DNA of 59,984 nt, filler included. It is 8 parts of 8 records of this genome, joined end to end, with 100 filler letters (N's around TTAATTAATTAA, not from the genome) between each part and the next. Parts side by side here need not be neighbours in the genome. Positions count along the whole stretch, not along the records: positions 46,762 to 53,092 come from SRR31147125_2162; positions 53,193 to 59,984 come from SRR31147125_2195; 6 more parts are not named here. One strand, 5' to 3'. The translations under genes were made by a program, and so were the position numbers. Shown here one piece after another: positions 47,930-58,447 of this stretch. The notes under the pieces are model-generated. The model did no database searches, had not been told where the DNA came from, and saw nothing but the letters and a program-made list of their open reading frames with translations. The first letter of the stretch is position 1; the number at the start of each line of letters is the position of its first letter.

Positions 47930-48070
47930 ATGCTTATTTGCTTTGCAGGCTCAATACGCGGGGGAAGGGAAGATTTGGAACTGTATTTCAAAATTATTGA
48001 ATACTTCAAAACTTTTGGTGAAGTATTAACTGAACACATTGGTGATCCGAAATAAACACATTTAGGCAAT
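47930..48070 (+). pseudogene. Nucleoside 2-deoxyribosyltransferase / DNPH1(Rcl)-like remnant
   Basis: MLICFAGSIRGGREDLELYFKIIEYFKTFGEVLTEHIGDP, matching the family's GSIRGGR..VLTEH N-terminus, then breaks off. Confidence 0.7.
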
Positions 48071-48591
48071 TATTGCCCAACGGACAAGATGGGCATGGAG
48101 TAACATGGGAATTTGTCACTTCAGAAATGTACAAGGTAAAAACGGAAAAATGCATTCTGAATTAGCGCGCTTTGATTGCGATTTAAGTTTGGATGTACAC
48201 GACTCCAAATGAAGCACCACAACAATCTATGGAAACCGGAAGATTATTATCGTTGGGGATTGAGTAAGAAACAAAAAGAGAGAATTAAACAGAGCAACTC
48301 TAAACGATAAGAAATTTATAGATAACTATAATCAAAAACGTCGTTACTATTCCAGAGGAATTTGTAGCGGCGTTTTTTCTTTTACTACTTTTTTCATCCG
48401 AATCGGGCAGTTACCTTAGTGTAATATGTTGATTCTTAACAAGGGACACTCCAGAAACTGAATCTTTATTTTATTAGCATGAAAAAATAAGAATTATAAC
48501 CTTGTTTGTAGGGAAATACCTTCACGGAAAATCGAGGTTTAAAGGTATTCATTATAGGATTGTTGTTAAAGAATAAACTAACTAAGCTAAA

Positions 48592-50538
48592 ATGATTCAA
48601 AAACCTAAAAAACATCTTATCCTTCCGTATTTCCAAGCAGCCTGCTTAACAAGTAAATATAAAATCGGATTTAATATTTCTTGTATTGGCTTTCTCATAT
48701 GTTTATTGCTAAATATACAGGTAAGGGCCCAGCAAAATACTTACCTGAAATACAATATTGAACCATACATTCAAAACGTAACCGATTCGTCGTTTACGGT
48801 ACTGTGGGAAACTTCCGAGCCTGGGAAAGGGGCGGTTTTATGGGGCGAGGCAGAATTTAACGTTTTAAAGCCAAACCTCAGAAACAATGTTACCGAAAGC
48901 GATTATAAACAGTTTCATAAAATTAAAATTGAAGGTTTAAAACCTGGCGAAAACTATTTTTACAAAGCTATAACTATAAGTTCAAAAAGTGACACACTCA
49001 GCTCTTCAACGACCCCAATTACCATTCCAGATTACAATAAATCTCCCGTATCGTTTGCTGTTATTGGCGACACCCAGTTCGAGCACGACCATGAAGTATG
49101 GGGGCCTTTATCGAAACTTATTATGCAGGAAAAACCGTCGTTTGTGGTGCACGTTGGCGACCTGGTTGGTTACGGGCCTAAGAAAAACGACTGGATAAAT
49201 GAATTTTTCAAACCAGCACGCGAACTTCTGCGTTTTTTTCCTTTATATCCAACGCTGGGTAATCACGAAATGGATCATGAGTCGTATTACAACTATTTCG
49301 ATTTGCCGGCTCCAAAATGGTTTTATACCATAAAAAAAGGAAATGTACGATTCATTTTTACGGATACCAACCGCGATATTCTGCCCGGTTCTTATCAATA
49401 TAAAAAGTTGGAAAAAGTGCTTGTGTCGGCAAAAGAGGACTGGAAAATAATGGTTCATCATCATCCTGTTTATGTTTCGGAACAAGGTTCGTATGGCAAT
49501 ACCTGGGTACAAAAAGCTACTCATGGCGATCCTGACGTTATGCACCTTAAAAATTTGTACGAAATGTATGGTGTCGATCTTGTGTTAAACGGCCACATTC
49601 ATGTGTACGAACGCACGTGGCCCATTGCAAACAACACGGTTGATACTGAAAACGGGGTAACATACATTACCACTGGCGGAGGAAATACCAGGCCGGGGAA
49701 ACATCCGGTAAACAGGGCGTGGTACAGTGCCAAAGTTTGCGATGTGAATCATTTTCTGAACATTAATATTGTAAATAATACTTTATTTGGGCAGGCCATT
49801 GATACCTTAGGAAATGTTTTCGATACGTGGACCATAGAAAAGCCTGAATCTCCTAAAATGACCACGCCTTTTATTACCGGCGAAAAACAAAATTTTATAA
49901 ACTCGACCGAGCTTGTTCTTCAGAATTTGAATACAGCCGGGCAAATCAGTTATCGATTAAATAATGGCGAATGGATAGAAAGCGAAGAGAAAGAAGTTTA
50001 CGTTTCAATTTCCGAATCAACACAAATGGAAGCTTTTGTGCAACACAATTCAAATACCAGTTTAATTGCAAGAAAAAGCTTTGAGAAACTCCCGCTAATA
50101 TCATCAAAAAAGAAAGGAAGCAAAAAAGTAAAAGCAGCGTATTTAGAAGGCGATTGGATAGCCCTGCCCAATTTTAAAGAAGAGAAAGTTATCAGTGAGT
50201 TTTTGCTCGATTCTATTTCGTTAGATGATATTAAACCCAGAACCGAAGACCATTTTGCAGTTCGGTTTACCGGGACTTTTAAGGTACCCGAAATAGCGGT
50301 TTATCGCCTTACTCTTGAATCGTTTGATGGAAGCAGGATGTTTATTGATGGGCAAGAAGTTATCAGCAACGATGGTATTCATTACGAAATAAGGAAGGAA
50401 GCATTTTTGGCATTGCAAAAAGGAACGCATGAATTTGAAGTACAGTATTTCGATTATTTGAGAAGGGAAACGCTTAATATTTCTTTGGGTAAAGCAAACG
50501 GGGAAATACATTCTTTTAACAGGTTTATTATTAACTAA
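48592..50538 (+). CDS. Purple acid phosphatase-like metallophosphoesterase with FN3-like N-domain and C-terminal PA14 domain
   Basis: GDTQ, HVGDLV, LGNHE, HHP and GHIHVYER metal ligands; HFAVRFTG..SFDGSRMFIDG..NDGIH PA14. Confidence 0.9.
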   Translation: MIQKPKKHLILPYFQAACLTSKYKIGFNISCIGFLICLLLNIQVRAQQNTYLKYNIEPYIQNVTDSSFTVLWETSEPGKGAVLWGEAEFNVLKPNLRNNVTESDYKQFHKIKIEGLKPGENYFYKAITISSKSDTLSSSTTPITIPDYNKSPVSFAVIGDTQFEHDHEVWGPLSKLIMQEKPSFVVHVGDLVGYGPKKNDWINEFFKPARELLRFFPLYPTLGNHEMDHESYYNYFDLPAPKWFYTIKKGNVRFIFTDTNRDILPGSYQYKKLEKVLVSAKEDWKIMVHHHPVYVSEQGSYGNTWVQKATHGDPDVMHLKNLYEMYGVDLVLNGHIHVYERTWPIANNTVDTENGVTYITTGGGNTRPGKHPVNRAWYSAKVCDVNHFLNINIVNNTLFGQAIDTLGNVFDTWTIEKPESPKMTTPFITGEKQNFINSTELVLQNLNTAGQISYRLNNGEWIESEEKEVYVSISESTQMEAFVQHNSNTSLIARKSFEKLPLISSKKKGSKKVKAAYLEGDWIALPNFKEEKVISEFLLDSISLDDIKPRTEDHFAVRFTGTFKVPEIAVYRLTLESFDGSRMFIDGQEVISNDGIHYEIRKEAFLALQKGTHEFEVQYFDYLRRETLNISLGKANGEIHSFNRFIIN

Positions 50539-50560
50539 AAAAGCTGGTAAAATTTAAAAC

Positions 50561-52470
50561 ATGAATAAGTACTTGTTGAATATTCTTTTAATAATTCTTT
50601 TAATGTTCGCATCATCACAATCGAACTCGGTAAAAGGTTGTCAGGTACAAGGCAACACATTAAAAGTTCCATCTGAATATAAATCAATTGCAGCGGCAGT
50701 AGAAAAAGCTGTAGAAGGTGATGTGATAATTATTGCACCGGGATTTTACAAAGAAAAAGAAATTGAAATTACAAAGGCAATTACCATTACTTCGGAGTGG
50801 AAACTGTCGGGTGATGAAGCAATAATTGACAAGACCATAATCGATTCAGAAAAGAATAAATTGTTTTTGCTCAGAAAAGATGGTGTTGAGATTAGTGGGT
50901 TGAAAATAATTAATGGTGACCATACCATTGAAGTTACTACCAGGGCTACAATAATACACAATCATTTTTCAGGAAACCTTGATGCCATAAGCATGGAGGC
51001 CGGTGCCGGAGGATATGTGGCACATAACATAATGGAAAATGATAAGGATGACGGTTTGGATATTGATATAGGTGCCGATTCGGATGAAGCAATTGGTAGC
51101 GACGTAATTGTTGAATACAATACAATAATAAACAGTCACGATGATGGTATTGAAATTCGATTGTTCTCGCGGCCTAACCAGAACATGAAATATACCATTC
51201 GAAAAAATACAATTATTGCAAGTGGAAACGCTGGTATTCAATTAATATCGTACGATTTACCAACAGGAAAAGAGTTTTATATCAGCGGAAATATATTTAA
51301 AAGTTGCAAAACGGGTTTGGGATGTATGGAAGGGTCAAAAACTCAGGAAAATCTGGAAGGTGCATCGAAAATGGATGAGCCGGTTTTCTTCTTCAATAAT
51401 ACCATTGTAAATAACCGCATGGGGGCAACAGGAGGAAATACGATATATGCATTTAATAATGTGCTTGTAAACAATAAAGAAGGAGGTTTTAAACGCTTTG
51501 GCAAGAATTCTATCGTCAGGAACAATATCTTTTACAACAATGGAGGCCCCAATTTTATTGAGTTTTCAGAAGATGCAATTGTAAAGGATAATCTATTAGA
51601 CAGAAACCCTCACATCATCCTGAAAATTTTAGCCTTGCAGAAGGTAGCCCCGCAATTAATGCTGGCGTAAAAGAACTTATTATTAACGGAAAACGAGCAA
51701 TAACAATTCCTGCTAAAAACATTGTGGGCTCAAACGTTGATTTGGGAGCTATTGAAATGGGGTGGTGCGGAGAAACAGCTCCAATTGTATTTCCAATATT
51801 TGCCAATGCCGGTAACGACTTCGTAACAAAAAATAAAACAAATCGATTAGTAGGTACTTTGCAAGGTAATATCGATAACGCTGATATTCTTTGGAAGAAA
51901 AACGAGGGCCCGGGGATTGTAAAATTTTCGAATGCAAAAGAAGCTGAAACAACTATTCAATTTGGTCAGCAGGGAATTTACCAACTGTCCCTTATCGCCG
52001 AGAGTGGAGTTTTAAGTGCCGAAGACAATGTTACAATCCGATATATTAATTCGGGGACAGGGAAAGATTTTTTTGCAAAGACGGATGAATCTTTCGAAAT
52101 TGAAGCTGAAGATTATACATATTCTTATGGTCAGGTAGAACATATTTCAAATAACACTCTGCTTAAAATGGAGGGTAAAGAATTCAACACTTCCATGCTT
52201 GAATTTTCATTAGGTATGGAAACTACTGATTTTTATACCATGTGGATACGGTGTAAAAGTGTAGAACCCAATAATATCCTGATTAAATTTAATAATAAAG
52301 AGATTTCCCGATTGAGTGCTCCGGCAACAGAAAATTTTACCTGGATAAGAGTTGATGAAAAAATCCGGGCAACTGCCGGACAATGGTCGATGCTAATTGA
52401 ATTAATGTCGGGTGTAATAGAAATTGATAAAATAATTCTTACTCCTGATGATGAATTTATAGCGCGATAA
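50561..52470 (+). CDS. Secreted right-handed beta-helix protein with PKD-like and CBM-like C-terminal domains (frameshift near 51616)
   Basis: VPSEYKSIAAAV..GD; DDGLD/DDGIE repeats; continues SPAINAG..DLGAIE, ANAGND..GPG..F...GIYQL and IEAEDY after restoring one A. Confidence 0.78.
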
Positions 52471-52551
52471 AATGTTTTGGGATATGGGAATATTAATGTA
52501 ATCACTTGAAAGAATTAGTATTAGGCATTTTAAACTAAAGCAACTAAAAAG

Positions 52552-53092
52552 ATGACAGCTCATAAAGAACACAGTGCAGGGCGAAGAAAATTCATAAAAA
52601 ACTCTATTGTCGGAGGAATTTCTTTTGTTGTAATCCCTTCCGTTTTTAGTTGTAAAGAAAAGGAACTTTCCAACACAATCGAATTAAATGTGCCTACTAA
52701 ATTGTTCGACGGTCTTAGGTGTTGGAGCCATTCAAGAGCAGGAATTGTACCGGGGCGAGGCGAAGAAGGAAAACCCAGAGTGGTGATGACCATGAATAAC
52801 CTCGATCTGGCAGGTAGCGATGTTTTTTACGGCGTGTTTGGCTTGCATACCAATAATCTTGCAGAAACCTGGAAAAAACCGGTTGAATTGGAAACAATGG
52901 CACCACGCTATGAAATTATTGACGGTGAAGAACGCCCGGTGGCAGTGAGTGATTTCTGGCCCAAATGGCATTCAAAAACAAAAACGCTGCTGGGAACCGG
53001 TCATACAGTGGCTTATACTCCCGATTGGAAAGTGAGAAACCCGCGACCAAGAAACACTTCATACTCCATTTATAATCCGGATTCAAATACCT
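52552..53092 (+). CDS. Tat-exported lipoprotein, probable beta-propeller (sialidase/BNR-like), truncated
   Basis: GRRKFIK twin-arginine signal; VFSC lipobox; Asp-box-like TNNLAETW. Confidence 0.65.
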
Positions 53093-53192
53093 NNNNNNNN
53101 NNNNNNNNNNNNNNNNNNNNNNNNNNNNNNNNNNNNTTAATTAATTAANNNNNNNNNNNNNNNNNNNNNNNNNNNNNNNNNNNNNNNNNNNN
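53093..53192. other. Artificial contig spacer
   Basis: N44-TTAATTAATTAA-N44. Confidence 0.99.
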
Positions 53193-54056
53193 CAGCAGTA
53201 CCACCAAGGCACCGACACTCTCAGCGGCCAAGGCGATCTTCTCTCGACTGCCAAACGAGCTCGAGTTTGCATCATGCCTCTGTATGTGGTGATGCATAAA
53301 TTCCTGCAAGAAAACTTGTTGCACACAGTCGTCATTGTATTCCCCCAACTCCTTTTGCATCTGCTTACTTTGTGAGAGCCATTGTTCGACCTTGTCAGGC
53401 TCAAGCAGCGCTTTGATAAACTCGAGCAAGTAGCGAAACTTCTTGCATTGAATTCTAATTTGGTGAATGTCTGAATCTGGCGTTGAAGCGGTGATCTGAG
53501 CTGCTGCAAGAGAAAGCTTTTGATAACGCTTGTTCATCAGTTTTTGGCTGATTGTGCCTATGGTTTTGGCTGCTTGTTGACCTGGTGTGAGCTGTCCTGA
53601 ATCAAATCGAGTCAGCAGATCAGCAAAAGCCTGCTGGTAGGCTTTGCTATCCAAATGTGCTGCCAGCTTACTAAATGCTATGGCTCGCTCTTGACTCAGC
53701 TTTTCGAACAAAAGGTCGAGTCCAGCATGCAAGGCGTTAGGCAGTAACTGGTAGTAGTTGTGTTTGCTTGCCAGATAGACATCAAGATCGCGCACCTTGC
53801 CACTGGGCTTCATCAATTGCGCCAATGAAGATTTAAGCTCAGCGGCTTGCGGTTTTGAATAGGCTGATGCAAACAGGCTAATTGCTGCCCGCGCTTTTCT
53901 AAGATGAACCCGATAGTGATGCAGGCACTCTATTCCGACATCCTGTAATACACCTGAATGCAGGGTTTGTGCCTGGCTTAGGTGGAAAAGCGCAATGCGA
54001 TTAGCCACTCCAAGGGTTAGCTCTGTTGGCTGTATGTCGACCCGTTGCGTTGTCAT
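53193..54056 (-). CDS. CHAD domain (polyphosphate-binding) protein, 3' truncated
   Basis: LHHYRVHLRKAR, VRDLDV, HQIRIQCKKFRYLLE, LGEYND. Confidence 0.9.
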
Positions 54057-54163
54057 TTATAAGCAGCCCTTGTCGCCCAACACGCTTTAAATCTAGCGGC
54101 TTCCACCCACACATTCATTGAAGTTACAGGTATAATGGCTGATTTGGTCAATCTCTTAGCCCC

Positions 54164-55087
54164 ATGAGTCCAGTAAAAGCCACAACACTTCATCCCAGAA
54201 ATCCACATCAAGGACGTTATGATCTCAACGCCTTGTGTGCTTTTTCAACTGAACTCAAGCCGTTTGTGAAGCAGGCCGCAGACGGCCAGAAAACCATAGA
54301 CTTTGCCAACCCAAAGGCGGTGATTGCGCTAAACCGGGCCATCCTCAAAAAAGATTATGGTATCAATGTCTGGCAGTTGCCCAAGGGGTTTCTTTGCCCG
54401 CCGATTCCAGGGCGCGCGGACTACATTCACTACCTGGCGGATCTCCTTGGCAAACATAATCCAAGTAGTAGTGCTAAAAAGCTCCAGCAGCGGATCCCTA
54501 AAGGCCCTGATGTGAAAGTGCTTGATATCGGCACAGGTGCGAACTGCATCTATCCCATTATTGGCTCACAAAGCTACGGTTGGGATTTTGTAGGCACCGA
54601 TGTGAATCCTCACGCCATCGCGTCTGCTAAAGCCATTGTCGGTGCCAACTCGAACCTGAAAGGCAAAGTGACCTTAGTGCAGCAAAAAGAGTCACAGGCA
54701 ATTTTCAAAGGCATTATTCGGCCTCACGATCGCTATGATTTAACACTCTGTAACCCGCCGTTTCATGGCTCAGCGCAAGAGGCTCAGGCGGGCAGTCAAC
54801 GTAAATGGCAAAACCTCAAAGGCACAAAATCCAGTCAGCTCAACTTCGGTGGCCAAGCTCAGGAGCTTTGGTGCCCAGGCGGAGAGCTCTCATTCCTAAA
54901 ACGTATGCTCACTGAAAGCCGACTGTTTGCTCATCAGGTACGATTCTTTACCAGCCTTGTCGCAAAAGGCGACCATGTAAGGCCACTAAAGCGACGTTTA
55001 AAAGAGTTAGATGCCACCCATGTGGAGGTGATTCAGATGAGTCAGGGGCAAAAGGTCAGTCGAATTCTGGTTTGGAGCTTTCAGTAA
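54164..55087 (+). CDS. rlmF: 23S rRNA m6A1618 methyltransferase
   Basis: LHPRNPH, LCPPIPGRADYIH, LDIGTGANCIYP, CNPPF, ELWCPGGE, QGQKVSR. Confidence 0.96.
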   Translation: MSPVKATTLHPRNPHQGRYDLNALCAFSTELKPFVKQAADGQKTIDFANPKAVIALNRAILKKDYGINVWQLPKGFLCPPIPGRADYIHYLADLLGKHNPSSSAKKLQQRIPKGPDVKVLDIGTGANCIYPIIGSQSYGWDFVGTDVNPHAIASAKAIVGANSNLKGKVTLVQQKESQAIFKGIIRPHDRYDLTLCNPPFHGSAQEAQAGSQRKWQNLKGTKSSQLNFGGQAQELWCPGGELSFLKRMLTESRLFAHQVRFFTSLVAKGDHVRPLKRRLKELDATHVEVIQMSQGQKVSRILVWSFQ

Positions 55088-55103
55088 CTCGATAGTGGTG
55101 CGG

Positions 55104-55445
55104 TTAAGACGAACCGGCCTTTTTTTGTTCTTTTGGCTGAGGCAGTGTCGACTCTGGCTCAAGCAGCGAAAACTTTGCTCCCGTCGCTTGCTCAATCATG
55201 AGGCGAATTAACTTTGATTTTGCCATGCCTGTTGCCTCGGCTAATTCACTGAGGTGCTCAATATTATCTGGAGAAAGGGTAAAGGTGGCATTCTTAAAAC
55301 GGCGCTTAGCGGGCTTGTTAATCGGGCCCTTGTTAAGCACTGATTTGCCTTGAGCATAGGCCTTGGCGTCCTCAATAAACTCATCGACCGAAATTTCCGG
55401 TTTGGGCTTTTTGCGGCCTTTATTTTTTAAATCACTTAAACTCAT
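55104..55445 (-). CDS. Small ribbon-helix-helix (ParG/CopG-like) protein; appears fused to ParA in this read
   Basis: Internal ATG at 55445 (MSLSDLK...SVDEFIEDA...FKNATFTLS..LSELAEATGMAKSKLIRLMI): flexible N-tail plus beta-alpha-alpha. Confidence 0.65.
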   Translation of the reverse strand: MSLSDLKNKGRKKPKPEISVDEFIEDAKAYAQGKSVLNKGPINKPAKRRFKNATFTLSPDNIEHLSELAEATGMAKSKLIRLMIEQATGAKFSLLEPESTLPQPKEQKKAGSS

Positions 55446-56099
55446 GACTGTACCGGGATCATAGGCGAGCATCTCTTCTGCGATGGCTATGATCTCTTCT
55501 GCGGCTTTTCCTTCTGGCTCCATTTCTAACACAGATTTACCGTTCTCTTCACTGTCATCGTAAATATTACGGCTATAAGTGATGGCATTGAGCACATTGA
55601 TAAAGTAAGTTTCGCAGACCTCTTTGGCTTCCAGAATACGGTTCGCCTGATTAGGAAGAGAAGGGCACTGGGTCATGACAAAAGAGGCTTTCATCTTAGG
55701 GTTCACCATCTTGCAGGTGGAAAGAATGTCCTCCATATGTGGCACTGTTTTAAGATCGCGCCTTTTCGGCCGCAGCGGAATGAGGACATGTTCAGCCACA
55801 CTCATAGAGCCTCGTAACGCCAAGTTGTCTTGGCCGCCACAATCGACGATAACCGCATCATAATGGCTCTCAAGGCTCAAAAGATCATTGCGGATCTTGC
55901 CGTACAGTTGAACACAGTTAATAGAGGGGAGGCCAGTGGTGTTATTGCGAGCTTGGATCCAGTCTGACGTCGTGCGCTGCGGATCGCAATCGACCATCAA
56001 CACTCGCTGCTGTTTGAATTTAGTAAAGTAGACCGCTAGGTTTTGGGCTAAACAGCTTTTGCCGCTGCCTCCTTTTTCTCCACCTACGACAACTATCAT
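55432..56099 (-). CDS. ParA/ParF-family Walker-type ATPase
   Basis: GGEKGGSGKS deviant Walker A, DCDPQ, VDCGG. One extra A near 55451 would end it as ...NSHEFK* at 55432. Confidence 0.85.
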
Positions 56100-56110
56100 G
56101 ACAACACTCC

Positions 56111-56425
56111 TTATTCTTGAATTTCATCCGGCTTAATAAAAGCAAGACCTATGTTGAACCAGCCATGCTCTTTAGCTGTGGTTCTAAGGACTTTTGCATC
56201 AAAAGCTTTGCAATCAGGTTGGTGAGGCTGAAAAAGCACTCTAACTTGGCTGCCCACGACGATAGGGACATCCATTTCAATTTGAAAGCCACCGCCTGAG
56301 ACATCAAAACACATGACATCACGGCCGTATCTGTGGCCATCTAGCTCCCAAGTGATGGCGATAATCTGCTTTTCCATGTCGAGCCGGATCGATTCCCGCC
56401 GCTCAAAATAACCTGTTCCATTCAT
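56111..56425 (-). CDS. Stand-alone PilZ domain protein
   Basis: RxxxR (ERRESIR) and DxSxxG (DVSGGG) c-di-GMP motifs; GGAG RBS. Confidence 0.88.
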   Translation of the reverse strand: MNGTGYFERRESIRLDMEKQIIAITWELDGHRYGRDVMCFDVSGGGFQIEMDVPIVVGSQVRVLFQPHQPDCKAFDAKVLRTTAKEHGWFNIGLAFIKPDEIQE

Positions 56426-56519
56426 TGCTAAGACTCCGAACACCCAGTGCTTGGGTTATTTTGCGGGTATAGTTCAAAACTTAACTATAGAACAGGGTGA
56501 GCAAAGTGACAGGCCGGAG

Positions 56520-56816
56520 TTAGCGACTGTTAGTTTGGTCTTTGATAAGGAGGTATAGCAAACAGATCCAAAGTGCTGCTTGCAAGGGTTGGCAGTAGTC
56601 GTGAAACATTTCGGAGCCGGTTAGCAATTTGGTCCAAAGACCCGCTGAGCTTTTAAACCACTCGATGGTGCTAAAGGCATTGATAAAGCCCGTCAATAGC
56701 AGGAGTAATAGCAACACTAGGTGCACCTTCCGAGGCAGATTAATGGTGCTGGTCAAGCTCAACCCTAATGCTATGACAACGAACACAAATGAGAAGAGAT
56801 CAACCAAGGCGATCAT
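56520..56816 (-). CDS. Small three-TM membrane protein
   Basis: ATG 56816 after GAGGAGG, overlapping the upstream gene's end; hydrophobic helices. Confidence 0.6.
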   Translation of the reverse strand: MIALVDLFSFVFVVIALGLSLTSTINLPRKVHLVLLLLLLLTGFINAFSTIEWFKSSAGLWTKLLTGSEMFHDYCQPLQAALWICLLYLLIKDQTNSR

Positions 56817-57099
56817 GGTTTTCCTCCTCGTCTTCTGAAAAGAGAAGTTTATGGCACCAGAGCATGAGCAAAAGGCCATTCAATAAGTAGCAGACGTGCT
56901 CTAAAAAATTTAGTTGCTCTGGCCATACCATGTGCTCTACCACGGTCGCCAAACTACCTAAGGCGAATGAAAGAAAAGCAGGTAAAAGATAGTGGCTGTG
57001 TGGAAGGCGGCCGAGGCTATGGTGATTGAGTAATACACCACCCAGACAGCACACACATAAGCTCAAAACGATCCACTCGTTGACGCTCACATCGGCCAT
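56800..57099 (-). CDS. Small three-TM membrane protein
   Basis: 99 aa; ATVVEH..NFLEHVCY motif; overlaps the next gene. Confidence 0.65.
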   Translation of the reverse strand: MADVSVNEWIVLSLCVCCLGGVLLNHHSLGRLPHSHYLLPAFLSFALGSLATVVEHMVWPEQLNFLEHVCYLLNGLLLMLWCHKLLFSEDEEENHDRLG

Positions 57100-57327
57100 A
57101 GGCTACTCGTTTATGGTTTCAATTAAGCAAAGATTAGCTAATTTTGGCTTAAACAGCGACCACAATGGTCACGAAAAAGCTCTATAGAGTCATATATAAA
57201 AGGTTAAATTACCCAGCATCCGTAACAAAAAATAACAAATGGCATCTGAATCTTTACTCCAATTTTAACAAAGCTAGTGTATTATGCTTTGTTCGTTAAA
57301 ATTCAATTAGCTAGGGCTCAAGGAAGC

Positions 57328-58442
57328 ATGCATAGATTTACAGCTCCTCTACTTTCAATTGGCGCAGTTGCTGCCATCATTGCCGTTGTTGGTGGCATCA
57401 AAATGATGCAGTTTTCCAGTGCCGGCGGCGATTACACTCAGCCACCGGAATCCGTTAGCCTGTTTGAAGTACAGACTCAAACCTGGCCAGCAACCATTTC
57501 CGCCATAGGCACGGTCAAGGCGGACGAAGGGATCACTATTACAGCCGAAGTGCCAGGTACTATTACCCAAATTCACTTTAAATCAGGTGATCAGGTTAAA
57601 GCCGGCGCTCTGCTGGTTGAGCAAGAGAGTGGCAACGAAAAAGCAGCGCTGGAAGCGGCTAAGGCGCAACTTCGTCTTGCTGATTATAACTTCAAGCAAG
57701 TCGCAAAGCTTCGTACCAAAAATACAATCTCTGAAAATCAATACGAAACGGCCAAGCAAGAGTTGGACTCCGCCAAAGCCAATGTTCAGAACCTGAAAGC
57801 AGCCTTAAAAAGAAGCAGATCCGTGCTCGCTTCGCGGGTCGTTTAGGGATTCGTAAGGTCGCTCTGGGTCAAGATCTTCTTGCCGGTACGCCCATTGTTG
57901 ACTTGCACTCCCATGAAACCTTAAAAGTAACTTTCCCCATTCCTCAACGTTGGCTTTCCCGCATTAGCACAGGACAGAAGGTCAGTGTACGCATGATAGA
58001 GTCTGAGGAAGAGGGGGTTAGTGGTTCAATAACAGCCGTAGATTCAACGGTTAATGAAGTGACCCGCAACATTGAAGTGGAGGCCACACTGAGCAATGCT
58101 TCCGGTAAGCTATTTCCGGGTATGGCCGTTGATATTGATGTCGCTCTGGCTGAAGCCACTGAGCATTTGGTGATCCCTGCAACGGCGATTATTTTCGCCC
58201 CTTATGGCGACACTGTCTTTGTCATCGAGCCAGATGAAGAGAAAAGCGGCCTGGTCGCACGCCAGCAATTTATTCAAATTGCAGCTCAGCGCGGTGACTT
58301 TGTCTCAATTAAGGCAGGCCTTAAGCTAGGCGAAAAAGTCGCCAGCGCAGGCGCCTTTAAGCTCTTTAACGGGCAAGCGGTCGCAGAAACTAAGCAACAA
58401 GAAGTCACTTATAGCCAAACTCCTAAGCCTACGGATAGCTAA
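57328..58442 (+). CDS. RND efflux periplasmic adaptor (MFP), frameshift near 57808
   Basis: GTVKA..ITAEVPG..F.SG..VKAG lipoyl-like half; IRARFAGRLG in a shifted frame; TRNIEVEA..LFPGM; GLKLGEKV. Confidence 0.88.
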
Positions 58443-58447
58443 GCACT

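Noticed and set aside
55104-56099. Novel ParA-RHH fusion protein (331 aa)
   Set aside because: An internal ATG at 55445 overlaps an alternative-frame stop (CAT GAG TTT AAG TGA). One missing A restores two overlapping genes, so the fusion is probably a sequencing artefact.
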